DNA of 64,000 bases, from the NCBI RefSeq assembly GCF_006345805.1, contig NC_043023.1, positions 3,038,001 through 3,102,000 on the forward strand, read 5' to 3'. Within the stretch, counting starts at the first letter, position 1, and the number at the start of each line of letters is the position of its first letter. Both the position numbers and the translations under genes were made by a program. Shown here in pieces: positions 1-11,696 of the stretch. This DNA is from Octopus sinensis. Its lineage: Eukaryota. The notes under the pieces were generated by a model that did not search any database, was not told the origin of the DNA, and worked only from the letters and a program-made list of their open reading frames with translations.

Positions 1-109
1 GTGGTTGTGGTGGTGGTAGTGATGGTGGTGGTTGTGGTGGTGATGGCAGTGGCAGTAGTCATGACGAAGGTGGAGAAGTCGATGGTGGTGATTGTAGCAG
101 TGGTGGTCT

Positions 110-151
<42 letters not shown>

Positions 152-180
152 TGGTGGTGGTGGTGGTGGTGTTGCTGATA
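1..180. repeat. (GGT)n/(GTA)n trinucleotide microsatellite
   Basis: Direct sequence; explains the poly-Val ORF 1..201. Confidence 0.95.
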
Positions 181-301
181 ATGGTCGTATGTGTGCAGTG
201 AAGCCAGCGGTGTGCATTACTGCACAAGTCATTGCTATAAACGCAGCATGAGGCACATGCCATTAAAACACATTGATGTGTGTATACTGGAGAATATAAG
301 C

Positions 302-302
<1 letters not shown>

Positions 303-337
<35 letters not shown>

Positions 338-345
338 GCAATACA

Positions 346-382
<37 letters not shown>

Positions 383-441
383 TATATATGTATATGTGTG
401 TCTGTTACAGGAGCAATGTAGTTGTACAGATACTTGCTTTA

Positions 442-488
<47 letters not shown>

Positions 489-750
489 TATATGTTGTGT
501 ATATATATGTATGTATATATGTATGTATATATAATATGTATATATATATGTGTGCATATATATATATGTATATTATATATGTCTGTATGTATTATATATG
601 TATATATATATATGTATGTATATTATATATACGTATATATTATATATGTGTGTGTATATATATATATATGTATATATATGTATATATATATTGTACATAT
701 ATATATATATACATACATATTTATATATGTATATATATACTACATATAAT
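303..750. repeat. (TA)n/(TG)n compound microsatellite
   Basis: Direct sequence. Confidence 0.95.
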
Positions 751-1104
751 ATGTACTATTGTAATGTGATATGTTTATTATTGTTTATATTTTGTATTTC
801 CTATATATGAGGGCACCAAAATCTTTTAAATGTTTAGGGCCTCTATGGGTCTTATACCAGCCTTGCCCTTATGTAATTTACTCCTAGATACACTATGCCT
901 AAATGGTTTACACCACAAAAGAAATCACTTTAAACTTGCTAAAAATAATATTGAAAGTGGTTTCTATGTGAAATCATAATCATTGACCATGATTATGATT
1001 TCACTTGGCTTGATAAGTTTTCTCAAATACAGCAAATTCTTCCACTTTGAATGTCAAAGTGGAACAATTTCTTCATTTTAACATTCAGAGCACTGGGCAG
1101 AAAT

Positions 1105-1825
1105 CTCAGGGCTATTTGAGAAAAGAAACAGGCTTGGAAGAACTGGAAGAACAGTGGTAGCAGGGAATTGTATCAGACTGCCAGAAGGGAAGCTTGGAGA
1201 CAGGTGTATTTAGCTAGAGGGGAAGCAGATAAGGAAAAATTTGCAAATGTTCTGTGCCGTAAGGACCAAAGACTTGAAGTATTTCGTGTTGCAAGACAGT
1301 GTGTGAGAGAGAATTGTGATGTGGTAGGAGAGAAATGTGTCCGTATGGATGATGGTTCACTTGCGCTAAATGAGGATGCAAAGAGAGAGGTTTGGAGACG
1401 CCACTATGAAAGGTTGCTGAATAAAGAAAACGAATGGGATAAAGAGAGTCTGCCGATTGTCGACCCAACAGAGGGACCAGCTATACTAGTTGACAGAACC
1501 TTGGTAGGTAAAGCAATTAAAAGACAGGGAAAGCCCCCCGGTCCGTCAAGAATCACCACAGAGATGCTCAAAATGTCTGGTAGTGTCGGCTATAGCCTAG
1601 TCACCCATATAGTTAACCAGGTCATACACAAAGGAGTCATACCCAATGACTGGTGTAGCAGCATAATAGTCAACTGCTACAAAGGTAAAGGTGATGCTTT
1701 AGATACAAATAACTACAGAGGTATCAAGTTGCTGGATCAAGTAATGAAGGTCACAGAAAGGGTCATAGCCCAACTAATTAGAGAGAGAGTCAGTTTAGAT
1801 GAAATGCAGTTTGGGTTCTTGCCAG
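1105..1825 (+). mobile_element. Internal fragment of an RTE-clade LINE (linker + RT N-terminus), truncated at both ends
   Basis: ORF 1168..1845 contains IVNCYKGKGDALDTNNYRGIKLLDQVMKVTERVIAQLIRERVSLDEMQFGF, colinear with about 17150-17890 of the long RTE copy; similarity stops at 1825. Confidence 0.93.
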
Positions 1826-1849
1826 AAAAGAAACTTTTTCATTGAAAAA

Positions 1850-2250
1850 TACAGAACACGTCTTAATATTCACGCATAACCAACTTTTATCTTTTTACAT
1901 ATTTCAATTCATGATTACATCACTGTACATAAATCCCCTCACTAAACAAGGTTTTCGAAACTTGTCTTTGTCTGAACATATATATTCCCCTCCCATTACC
2001 GAAAGCAGAACAGTTATCTCCCTTACCCACAACAATAACAATAATAATGATAACCAATTACCTCCCTTTATTTATCTACTTGTGAAGTCATTCACTCGTG
2101 AATTTCATCACACACAACATGGACAAAATTTCTTCTTAAGAAAAAATACATATTCAAATAAGTAAAACATAATATCATGAATAGCGACAGCGAAACCGGT
2201 TGATATATTAAAAATTATATCAAAACTATGTAAGTGTGTGTATTTTCGTT
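1850..2250 (+). mobile_element. Decayed Penelope-like element 3' end followed by an HHR-like motif
   Basis: ORF 1842..2165 has NLSLSEHIY...LLVKSFTREFHHTQHGQNFFLRK, resembling the Penelope GIY-YIG C-terminal pattern CxLCLxEK...LLNKRSE...CxHxNKFxL; the HHR-like motif lies 7 nt after the stop. Confidence 0.45.
2172..2206 (+). ncRNA. Minimal type-I hammerhead-like motif, A3-U8 core variant
   Basis: ATATC|ATGAATA|GC-GACA-GC|GAAAC-CG-GTT|GATAT: 5-bp stem I, 2-bp stem II, palindromic stem III. A3 could pair with U17, so activity is doubtful. Confidence 0.45.
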
Positions 2251-2262
2251 TTTTTAATTTCT

Positions 2263-2294
<32 letters not shown>

Positions 2295-2295
<1 letters not shown>

Positions 2296-2700
2296 GGAGT
2301 GACTGTGTGGTAAGTAGCTTGTCTACCAACCACATGGTTCCGGGTTCAGTCCCACTGCGTGGCACCTTGGGCAAGTGTCTTCTACTATAGCCTCGGGCCG
2401 ACCAAAGCCTTGTGAGTGGATTTGGTAGACGGAAACTGAAAGAACCCCGTCGTATATATGTGTATATATATATGCGTGTGTGTGTTTGTGTGTCTGTGTT
2501 TGTCCCCTAGCATTGCTTGACACAACCGATTGCTGGTGTGTTTATGTCCCCGTTACTTAGCAGTTCGGCAAAAGAGACCGATAGAATAAGTACTGGGTTA
2601 CAAAAGAATAAGTCCCGGTGTCCATTGCTCGATTAAAGGCGGTGCTCCAGCATGGCCGCAGTCAAATGACTGAACAAGTAAAAGAGTAACAGAGAGTAAG
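2295..2700 (+). mobile_element. tRNA-derived SINE family 1 (head - internal microsatellite - tail)
   Basis: A-box-like TGACTGTGTGGT, B-box GGTTCAGTCCC, body GGATTTGGTAGACGGAAACTGAAAGAA, tail GCTCCAGCATGGCCGCAGTCAAATGACTG...AAAAGAGT; more than 15 copies in the window. Confidence 0.9.
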
Positions 2701-2749
2701 AGTATATAATCTATAATATATATATAAGTATATATATATATATATATAG

Positions 2750-2782
<33 letters not shown>

Positions 2783-2825
2783 ATATTAGAGTATATATAT
2801 ATATACCGAGAGAGAGAGAGAGAGG

Positions 2826-3190
2826 TACAGGCATGGCTGTGGAAAGAAGCTTGCTTCTAAACCACATGATTCTGAGTTCAGTCCCACTGTGTTGTACCTT
2901 GGACAAGCGTCTTTTACTGTAACTTCAGACCAACCAAAGCCTTGTGGGTGGATTTGATAAATGGAAACTGAAAGAAGCCTGCTGTACATATATATGTGTA
3001 TGTGTGTTTTGTGTGTATGACTTTGTGACTGTGTTTGTCACCGCCACCATTGCTTGATAACCGATGTTGATGTGTTTATGCCCCTCCCTCTATCACTTAG
3101 CAGTTTGGCAAAAGACACTGATGGAATAAGTACTAGGCTTATAAAAAATTAGGTCCTGGGGTCGATTTCGTCGACTAGAAAGTCCTTTAA
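2826..3190 (+). mobile_element. SINE family 1, diverged copy
   Basis: Colinear with the 2295-2700 copy, with many substitutions. Confidence 0.8.
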
Positions 3191-3192
3191 GG

Positions 3193-3386
3193 TTTGTGTG
3201 TGTGTAATATATTATAGGTGTGTTTATGCAATATATATGTGTGTGTGTATATATATGTGTGTATATATATATGTGTGTATGTATGTGTGTGTATATATGT
3301 GAGTGTGTATATATGTATGTGTATATGTATATGTGTGAGTTTGTATCTATATGTGTGTGTATGTAATATATATGTGTTTGCGCATG

Positions 3387-3421
<35 letters not shown>

Positions 3422-4390
3422 ATATGTGTGTGTATATGAGTGTGTATGTATATATACTTGTGTGTATGTATATGTGTGTGTTTGTATCTATATATGTGTG
3501 TGTATGTATATATGTGTGTGTATGTAATATATAGGTGTGTGTATGTAATATATATGTGTATGTGCATGTATATATGTGTGTGTGTATATATGTGTGTGTA
3601 TATATGTACATGTGTGTATGTATATGTGTGTGTTTGTATCTATATATGTGTGTGTATTTATATATGTGTGTGTGCATGTAATATATATATGTATGTAATA
3701 TATATATATATTGCATACATATGTGTGTGTGTATGTATATGTGTGTATATATGTGAGTGTGTATGTATATGTATGTGTGTATATATGTATATGTGTGTAT
3801 ATGTATATATGTGTGTGTGTATGTATGTGTGTGTATATGTATATATGTGTGTGTGTATGTATGTGTGTGTATATGTATATATGTGTATGTATATGTATGT
3901 GTGTATATATGTATATGTGTGTATATGTATATATGTGTGTGTGTATGTATGTGTGTGTATATGTATATATGTGTGTATATATGTATATGTGTGTGTATGT
4001 ATATGTGTGTATATGTATATATGTGTGTGTGTATGTATGTGTGTGTAAATATGTGAGTGTGTATGTATATATGTGTGTGTGTATATATGTGTGTGTATAT
4101 ATGTACATGTGTGAGTTTGTATATATATAAGCGTGTGTGTATGTATATATGTGTATGTATATGTATGTGTGTATGTATATGTGTGTGTATGTAATATATA
4201 TAAGTGTGTGTATGTAATATATATGTGTGTGTGTATATATATATATGTGTGTGTGTGTGTATGCATGTGTGTGTATATATGTGAGTGTGTATGCATATAT
4301 ATGTGTGTGTATGTATAAGTGTGTGTTTGTATCTATATACGTGTTTGTGTATGTATATATAATATATATGTGTGTGTGTGTGTGTGTGTA
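3193..4390. repeat. 1.2-kb (TG/TA/TATG)n compound microsatellite
   Basis: Direct sequence; source of the His/Thr/Ile/Tyr and Val/Cys/Met ORFs. Confidence 0.95.
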
Positions 4391-4654
4391 TCTCTTGGAT
4401 CAAGGCTGAGCAAGGGTCAAGCACCAAGGAAAGCAATGGTCAGCTACCCTGGTGCTGGCAGTGTTCTATGGAATGGTTTGGCGTTGGTGCAGATGTTTTT
4501 AACCATTTTATGAGAGAACAGCACCAGAGGAGACTAGAATTCTATAGACATACACACACACATAATTTATAAGTACACACACACACACAGATTCACACAC
4601 ACACGCATATACATTCACATCTACACAAATATATATGTATATGTATATATACAT

Positions 4655-5965
4655 AGAGGAGAAAGAGAGGGAAACAGGGTGAGATAGGGACAAAGTGACA
4701 GAGAGAGAGAGAGACAGAGAGAGACAGAGAGAGGGAGCAGAGAGAGGGAGAGAGAGAAACAGAATGAGAGAGATAGAAAACGTGGAATGATAAAGAAGAA
4801 GAGAGAGAGAGAGACAGAGAGAGACAGAGAGAGGGAGAGAGAGAAACAGAATGAGAGAGATAGAAAACGTGGGATGATAAAGAAGAAGAGAGAGAGAGGG
4901 GGGGGAGAGAGAGACAAAGTGAGTGATAAAGTGAGAGGGAGAGAGAGAAGTAGAATGGGAGAGATAGAAAAGGAAGGAGACAGAGGAAGATAGAGTGAGA
5001 GAGAGAAGAGATAGAGAGAGAAAGAGAGGGTGATAGAAAGATAGAGGAAAAGAGAGTGAAAGAAAGAAGAAAGAAAGAGAGAGGGAGATTGGAAAAAGAA
5101 AGAGAAAAGGAGGAAGACAGAGAGGAAGAGAGAGAGAGAGAGAGAGTGGGTGATGGAGAGAGGAGGAAAAGACAGTGAAAGAAAAAAGAAAGTGATAGAG
5201 TAATAGGGAGAGAGATGGGGAGATTGGAAAGAGAAAGAGAAATAGGAAAGGAGGGAAACAAAGAGGAAGTCAGAGTGAGAGAAAAAGTGATAAAGTGATA
5301 GAAAGAAAAAAGATAGACGAAAGAGCGAGATTGAGATAGTGAGAAACACAGAGAGAGAAGGAAGAGAAATGCAGAGAGAGAGAGAGAGAGAAAAGAGAGA
5401 GAGAGGAATATAACGAGAGAGGGAGAGACAAAGAGAGACAGAAGGAAGAGAACGGTAGAGAGAGAGAGAGAGAAAGAGAGAAATATAACGAGAGAGGGAG
5501 AAACAAAGAGAGAGAAAGAAAAGAACGGAAGAGAGAGAGAGAAAGGAATATAACGAGAGTGGGAGAAACAAAGAGAAAGGTAGAGAGGGAGATAGAGAGA
5601 GAGAGACAAAGAAAGGAATGTAACCAGAGGGAGAAACAGAGAGAGAGAAGGCAGAGAGGGAGATAGAGAGAGAGAGAGAAAGAAAGGAATGTAACCAGAG
5701 GGAGAAACAGAGAGAGAGAAGGCAGAGAGGGAGATAGAGAGAGAGAGAGAAAGAAAGGAATGTAACCAGAGGGAGAAAGAGAGAGAGAGAGAAGGTAGAG
5801 AGGAGATAGAGAAAAGAGAAAATTTAGAGAGAGGGAGAGACAAAGAGAGAGAAAAAAGAGAACGGTAGAGAGAAAGAGAGAGAGAGGAATATAACGAGAG
5901 TGGGAGAGACAAAGAGAGAGAAAGAAAAGAAAGGTAGATAGAGAGAGAGAGAAAGAGAGAGATAT
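4655..5965. repeat. (GA)-rich polypurine tract with higher-order repeats
   Basis: Almost only purines on the + strand; GAAAGGAATGTAACCAGAGGGAGAAA recurs three times at about 66-bp spacing (5610-5790). Confidence 0.9.
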
Positions 5966-6129
5966 GTTCAGCAGCTTGGCTACATCTGCTTCGTGAAAAG
6001 ACCAGCTCAGCCCAACCGAAACCAAACCAAACCAGTTCATTGCAGACGCTAGACAGGGACTTTAATATTTTGTAGTACGTGTCCCCCTTTAAGAATCGCT
6101 ATTAAACATGCAATAACATCCTCTTGATC

Positions 6130-6368
6130 TTTTTGTTTTTAGTTCTTACAAGCTTTTGACTATGGCCATGCTGGAGCACCGCCTTGAAAGGTTTTAGTTG
6201 AACGAATTGACCCCGGGACTTAATTTTCTTTTAGAGTCTGGCACTTGTTCTATTGGTCCCTTATGGCTGAACTGCTAAGGTGCAGGGATGTAAACAAACA
6301 AACACTGGTTGTCAAGTGCCAATGGGCAACAAACATAATAGCACACACACACACACACATATGTATAC

Positions 6369-6400
<32 letters not shown>

Positions 6401-6424
6401 TACATACATATACACACACAACAT

Positions 6425-6460
<36 letters not shown>

Positions 6461-6652
6461 GTATATATATATTTATACACAGATACACACACATATATAT
6501 GGTTATGTGGTAAGAAGCTTGCTTCAAATCCACATGGTTTCGGGTTCAGTCCCACTGTGTGGCATCTTGGGCAAGTGTCTTCTACTATAGCCTCGGGCTG
6601 ACCGAAGCCTTGTAAGTGGATTTGGTAGACGGAAACTGAAAGAAGCCCGTCA
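6130..6652. mobile_element. SINE family 1 tail (-) and head (+) pieces joined through a (TA)n/(CA)n tract
   Basis: 6130-6345 is the reverse complement of the SINE tail; 6497-6652 is a + strand head. Confidence 0.75.
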
Positions 6653-6679
6653 CACACAAACACACACATATATATATGC

Positions 6680-6815
6680 CTGTAAATATAATATGCGACA
6701 ATTATTCGGTAGCCAAGATAAAACTCGGAATTTCGGATGTCGGGGTGAAAACCCAAGCTGCCTTTTCATCCGAAACTCATGGCTACCGAATAATTGTCAC
6801 ATATTACATCTACAG
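6680..6815. repeat. 136-bp foldback (MITE-like hairpin)
   Basis: 6680-6715 is the reverse complement of 6780-6815 (36 bp, 3 mismatches); inner stem TTTCGGATG/CATCCGAAA at 6731-6739/6767-6775. Confidence 0.75.
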
Positions 6816-6962
6816 ATAAATTCCTCTGTTTACATAATATTGAGATCTCCTTCATTCTTTTGTTGTCTTAACATTTCTATCAATATATATATATATATCA
6901 AGTGATGGTGGGGAAACACACACACACACAAATACATACATACATACATACATATATATATA

Positions 6963-7180
6963 TAAAGTTAATCCAAACAAGAAAGCACAAAAAAACACAA
7001 CAACGCGAGGACATGGAACAAATAAAGTATTATTGGACGCTCAGGAAAGAAGGAAAAAAGGAGGGTTTAACGTTTCGAGCGGAGCTCTTCGTCGGAAACA
7101 TAGGAGAAGGAAAGATCCAGAGAAGGGAAGACAAAGGAAAAAAAATCGCCAACGGTACACACGCGGTCACACATGCAAAT
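6963..7180 (-). mobile_element. Penelope-like tail repeat (family D) with HHR motif
   Basis: Same repeat at 36045-36220 (-) and 58460-58650 (+); contains the HHR-like motif at 7065-7099. Confidence 0.7.
7065..7099 (-). ncRNA. Minimal hammerhead motif (U4C variant)
   Basis: GTTT|CCGACGA|A|GAGC-TCC-GCTC|GAAAC-GTT|AAAC on the minus strand. Confidence 0.6.
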
Positions 7181-7209
7181 ATACATACACACATATATAA
7201 TGTAGGTAG

Positions 7210-7650
7210 TTAGGGTAAATCTCAGCTGTTTCCTCTTGGAGCACATCTGCTTATTCCATCATTGCAATCCAATATGTAGTCTCAGTTGCTGCTGTATTCT
7301 GAAGAACAAGATCTGGGATGGGAAAATTTTAAATGAGGGAACATGAGGTAGGATACTGAGGTAGAGATGGAAAGGTTGGATAAGAGAATTCAGTGACAAA
7401 AACAGTTTTTGATAGCCTATGATTCATAGGGAGCAAAGGGGTGAAGAAGGAGAGTCTGGGGAGAGTGGCAAAGAGGATAGAAAATCACAAAGCTACGGAA
7501 ATATCTCTGACAATTCAAGAGAACAAAATCTAAGGGAAGATGTTTTTCCTTCACGGAAACACGTGCTGGGATACTGAGGTTGAGCTGGAAAGGTAGGAAT
7601 CCATCTGGATAGAAGCGGAATAGACAGCCCGATGTCAGAAACATCGGGGA
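7210..7650 (-). pseudogene. Possible highly decayed L2/Jockey-group LINE 3' coding remnant
   Basis: Frame-hopping fragments SGCLFRFY, FCSLELSEIFP and LHPFA loosely resemble the LFYRYY..CSSEL..VP...HPF C-terminal motif; many stops. Confidence 0.3.
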
Positions 7651-7664
7651 AAAGTATTTGTTAG

Positions 7665-8160
7665 CCTATTTAATTGACCCTGAAAGGATGAAAGGCAAAG
7701 TCGACCTCGGCGGAATTTGAACTCAGAACGTAAAGGCAGATGAAATACCTATTTCTTTATTGCACACAAGGGGACAAACACAGAGAGGACAAACAAGGAC
7801 AGACAAATGGATGAAGTCGATTATATCGACCCCAGTGCGTAACTGGTACTTATTTAATCGACTCCGAAAGGATGAAAGGCAAAGTCGACCTCGGCGGAAT
7901 TTGAACTCAGAACTTAAAGACAGACGAAATACCTGTTTCTTTACTACCCACAAGGGGCTAAACATATAGGGGACAAACAAGGACAGACAAACGGATTAAG
8001 TCGATTACATCGACTCCAGTGCATAACTGGTACTTATTTAATCGACTCCGAAAGGATGAAAGGCAAAGTCGACCTTGGCGGAATTTGAACTCAGATGAAA
8101 TACCGCTAAGCATTTCGCCTGGCGTGCTAACGTTTCTGCCAGCTCATCCGCCTTTCGCCC
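7665..8160 (-). mobile_element. tRNA-derived SINE family 2 with internally repeated central segment
   Basis: Reverse complement of GGCGAGCTGGCAGAAACGTTAGCACGCC...GAGTTCAAATTCCGCCGAGGTCGACTTTGCCTTTCATCCTTTCGG; the central block is present three times. The core resembles Deu/Nin-type SINE domains (tentative). Confidence 0.85.
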
Positions 8161-8267
8161 AGAATGTTAGCCTAGGTTCCATGGAGAGCAATAAGGTTAA
8201 GGAGGAGAAGAGTCAGGAGAAAGAGATGAAGTTAATGAAAAATAGTAAAATTACAGAAGCATCAAAA

Positions 8268-8740
8268 AGGTGCAGACATGGCTGTGGGGTAAGAAGCTGG
8301 CTTCGTAACCACATGATCTTGGGTTCAGTCCCACTCCATAGCATCTTCGGCAAGTGTTTTCTACTATAGCCCTGGGCCGATCAAAGCCTTGTGAGTGGAT
8401 TTGGTAGACGGAAACTGAAAGAAGCCCATCGCATATATATATATGTGTATATATATATATTATATATATATATTATATATATATATGTTATATATATATA
8501 TATATATATAATTATATATGTATGTATGTGTGTGTGTATGTTTGTGTGAGTGCTTGCATGTCTGTGTTTGTCCCCTCCCCCACCGTTGCTTGACAACTGA
8601 TGCTGGTGTGTTTATGTCCCCATAACTTAGCAGTTCGGCAAAAGAGACCAACAGAAAGTCCTGGGGTTGATTCTTCAACTAAAGTTGGTGCTCCAGCATG
8701 GCCGCAGTCCAATGACTGGAACAAGTAAAAGAATAAAATA
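8268..8740 (+). mobile_element. SINE family 1
   Basis: Head, internal (TA)n and tail all present. Confidence 0.88.
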
Positions 8741-8799
8741 ATATATATATACATATGTATATATATATATATAATATATATTATATATATATATATATA

Positions 8800-9207
8800 G
8801 GCACAGGAGTGGCTGTGTGGTAAGTAGCTTGCTAACCAACCACATGGTTCCGGGTTCAGTCCCACTGCGTGGCATCTTGGGCAAGTGTCTTCTGCCTATA
8901 GCCCCGGGCCGCCCAATGCCTTGTGAGTGGATTTGGTAGACGGAAACTGAAAGAAGCCTGTCGTATATATGTATATATATATATGTGTATGTGTGTTTGT
9001 GTGTGTGTGTTTGTCCCCCTAGTATTGCTTGACAATCAATGCTGGTGTGTTTACGTCCCCGTCACTTAGCGGTTCGGCAAAATAGACTGATAGAATAAGT
9101 ACTGGGCTTACAAAGAATAAGTCCTGGGGTCGATTTGCTCGACTAAAGGCGGTGCTCCAGCATGGCCGCAGTCAAATGACTGAAACAAGTAAAAGAGAGT
9201 AAAAGAG

Positions 9208-9210
<3 letters not shown>
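8800..9210 (+). mobile_element. SINE family 1
   Basis: Near-consensus full copy. Confidence 0.9.
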
Positions 9211-9240
<30 letters not shown>

Positions 9241-9354
9241 TTCAGATGAATATGGTACCTAAGTTGAGGCCCCAGAATTTAGTACGGTATTATCCATATA
9301 ATTCAAAATAAGATGATTAAAATCAAAATAAGCAACAAGGATATCCAGGGGTAA

Positions 9355-9446
9355 TGCAGTACAATCGTTTCATGCAACTCCATTTAATTGAACAATGCAA
9401 TCATTTCATTACATCAATTTAAAATATAGAGCAATCTTCAGCTGCA
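9355..9446 (-). ncRNA. Type-I hammerhead motif, canonical C3-G8 core
   Basis: TGCAG|CTGAAGA|TTGC...TGCAT|GAAAC-GATT-GTA|CTGCA; stem II is short with a U.U closing pair. Confidence 0.6.
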
Positions 9447-9586
9447 CAAAGACATAGAATTTAATTAAATTTAATTAAGTTACGGCCATACTGTTGTAGG
9501 TACATGTTCTTTGTTTGTCTCCTTAACTTCTAGGAGATTTTAGGTATAATTATACTGTTCTAATTTAACTAAATTCTATATTTTTG

Positions 9587-9674
9587 TGCAGCTGAAGATT
9601 GCTCTGCATTTTAAAACTGATGTAATGATTGCATTGTTCAATTAAATGGAGTTGCATCAAACGATCGTACTGCA
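9587..9674 (+). ncRNA. Type-I hammerhead motif, G12C-mutated copy
   Basis: TGCAG|CTGAAGA|TTGC...TGCAT|CAAAC-GATC-GTA|CTGCA; palindromic GATC loop III. Confidence 0.5.
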
Positions 9675-9724
9675 TTACCTCTGGATATGCTTGTTGCTTA
9701 TTTCGATCACTCTCTCTCTCTCTG

Positions 9725-9759
<35 letters not shown>

Positions 9760-10238
9760 GATAAAACTTACTTGGAAGAGGATGTATGGCATTCGATCAT
9801 ATAATAACATAAATAATATATAAACATATGCATATATACATACATATATGTACATACCTACATATATATGTATATAAACATGCATATATGGGTACAGGAC
9901 ATTGAAAAAACGTTGAACACAATGAGAAATGAAAACATAGAAACAAAAACATGGAAACGAACCTTTTTTACAAACAACAAAAAAACAGAGTACAAGACAA
10001 GCAATACAAGGAATATTCCCCTTCTTCAGTTGTCCCTGTTTCGTCTACTCTGCGTTTCGAACAACAGGAAATAATTTTTGTCTCTTTATATGGACACAAA
10101 ACGGTTTATAAAACTGGAAAAAAGAAGTGCTCAAGTGTAATTGAGACAGAGATAAAAACATTGGTCAGAGAACAAAATTCAAATTTGAGTCAAAGACTTT
10201 ATATATAACACCATGTCTCCAAGCATTTGATCAGATAT

Positions 10239-10630
10239 GCAGGAGTGGCTGAGTGGTAAGTAGCTTGCTAACCAACCACATGGCTCCGGGTTCAGTCCAA
10301 CTGCGTGGCATCTTGGGCAAGTGTCTTCTGCTATAGCCCCGGGCTGACCAATGCCTTGTGAGTGGATTTGGTAGACGGAAACTGAAAGAAGCCTGTCGTA
10401 TATATGTATATATATGTATGTTTGTGTGTCTGTGTTTGTCTCCCTAGCATTGCTTGACAACCGATGCTGGTGTGTTTACGTCCCCGTCACTTAGCAGTTC
10501 GGCAAAAGAGACCGATAGAATAAGTACTGGGCTTACAAAGAATAAGTCCCGGGGTCGATTTGCTCGACTAAAGGCGGTGCTCCAGCATGGCCGCAGTCAA
10601 ATGACTGAAACAAGTAAAAGATAAAAGATA
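10239..10630 (+). mobile_element. SINE family 1
   Basis: Near-consensus full copy. Confidence 0.9.
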
Positions 10631-10904
10631 GAAAGATAAGATATAAATGTTACCATGGCCTTTAACATATGAAGGATCCATATGTAAAAAACACAGAAGG
10701 TAAAAAATATATATGCAAATAAGAATAGAGATATATAGAACTGCCTAAGGTATATAAAATCGACTAAAAATTCTAAAGTGTCTCATTTGACTAAAAATCT
10801 AAATAAAATAAAATATTATTTGACTAAAAACATTTTCTTACTCCCACCAAACAAAAAATATATGTCAAAAGAGATGAAGTCATAAAAATATACATATATG
10901 TATT

Positions 10905-11240
10905 CTGAGACCCCTTTCGGTCATGTATGACCATGGGATTGCACCAAGGAATTTACCCTCTGAGGCACAAGTCCGGGCAAGGTTGTTTATGGAAGACCAG
11001 CAGTCACCCATGGATACCCACCTCCCCTCTTCACACCACCAGTGTTATCCAAGGGAAAGGCAAAGGGGCCGATACAGCTTGGCACCTGTGACATCACGAT
11101 TCATTACTACAGCTGAGTGAACTGGAGCAACGTGAAATAAAGTGTCTTGCTCAAGAACACAACATGCAGACTGGTCTGGGATTCAAACTCACAACCTCAC
11201 GATCATGAGTTCGACGCTCTAACCACAGAGCCAGGCGCCT
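10905..11240 (-). mobile_element. tRNA-derived SINE family 3
   Basis: Minus strand AGGCGCCTGGCTCTGTGGTTAGAGCGTC...GAGTTTGAATCCC head, then CTTGAGCAAGACACTTTATTTCACGTTGCTCCAGTTCACTCAGCTG core shared with 33890, 37496 and 39395. Confidence 0.8.
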
Positions 11241-11644
11241 TACACACACACATATATATACACATACATACATATATATTTATATATATATATACATACA
11301 TATATATACAAACATATATATATGCATACATATGTGTGTGTGTGTGTGTTTATGTGTGTGTATTTGCTTGTCCACCCCCTGTTGCTTGACAACCAATGTT
11401 GGTGTGTTTATGTCTCCATAACTTAGTAGTTTGGTAAAAAAAAGGGACCAATAGAATAAGTACCAAGCTTACAAAGAATAAGTCCTGTGGGCGATTTCTT
11501 TGACTAAAAAAAACCCTTTAAGACAGAGCTCCAGCATGGCCACAGTCAAATGACTGAAACAAGTAAAAGAATAAAAGAATGAGATTTGCATAATGAGATA
11601 AAAAACCAAGGCTGTGTAGATATTAAAACATTTATAGATAGAAG

Positions 11645-11696
11645 GTCTTACAGCTGTTTCTAGGATATTTATTAATTATATCCCTTCATCGGAGAC
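11645..11696 (-). ncRNA. Type-I hammerhead motif (U4C variant)
   Basis: GTCT|CCGATGA|AGGGATAT-AATTAATAA-ATATCCTA|GAAAC-AGCT-GTA|AGAC. Confidence 0.6.

Larger units (their letters stand above)
9322..9708. mobile_element. Inverted pair of Penelope-like tails, each arm with an HHR motif
   Basis: 9322-9471 is approximately the reverse complement of 9562-9708, with a 90-bp spacer; HHR motifs at 9355-9446 (-) and 9587-9674 (+). Confidence 0.75.

Noticed and set aside
2295-2370. tRNA gene calls at SINE 5' ends
   Set aside because: A/B boxes are present but no full cloverleaf; they continue into multi-copy SINE bodies.
3093-4436. 447-aa His/Thr/Ile/Tyr ORF and the many similar ORFs at 280-810, 26600-29600, 46500-49340 and 61900-62600
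   Set aside because: They are translations of (TA)n/(TG)n/(CA)n microsatellites, open in several frames on both strands.
4390-4540. Unique island as possible exon
   Set aside because: No convincing splice-site pair or recognisable peptide in any frame.
4593-6040. Ser/Leu/Phe-rich ORFs up to 439 aa
   Set aside because: (CT)n/(GA)n tract lacking stop codons by composition.
9885-10065. Repeat containing GAAAC and CTGAAGA on the minus strand
   Set aside because: Motifs are in the wrong order for type I and no convincing stem I or II forms for type II or III; probably another Penelope-like tail but not called as an HHR.
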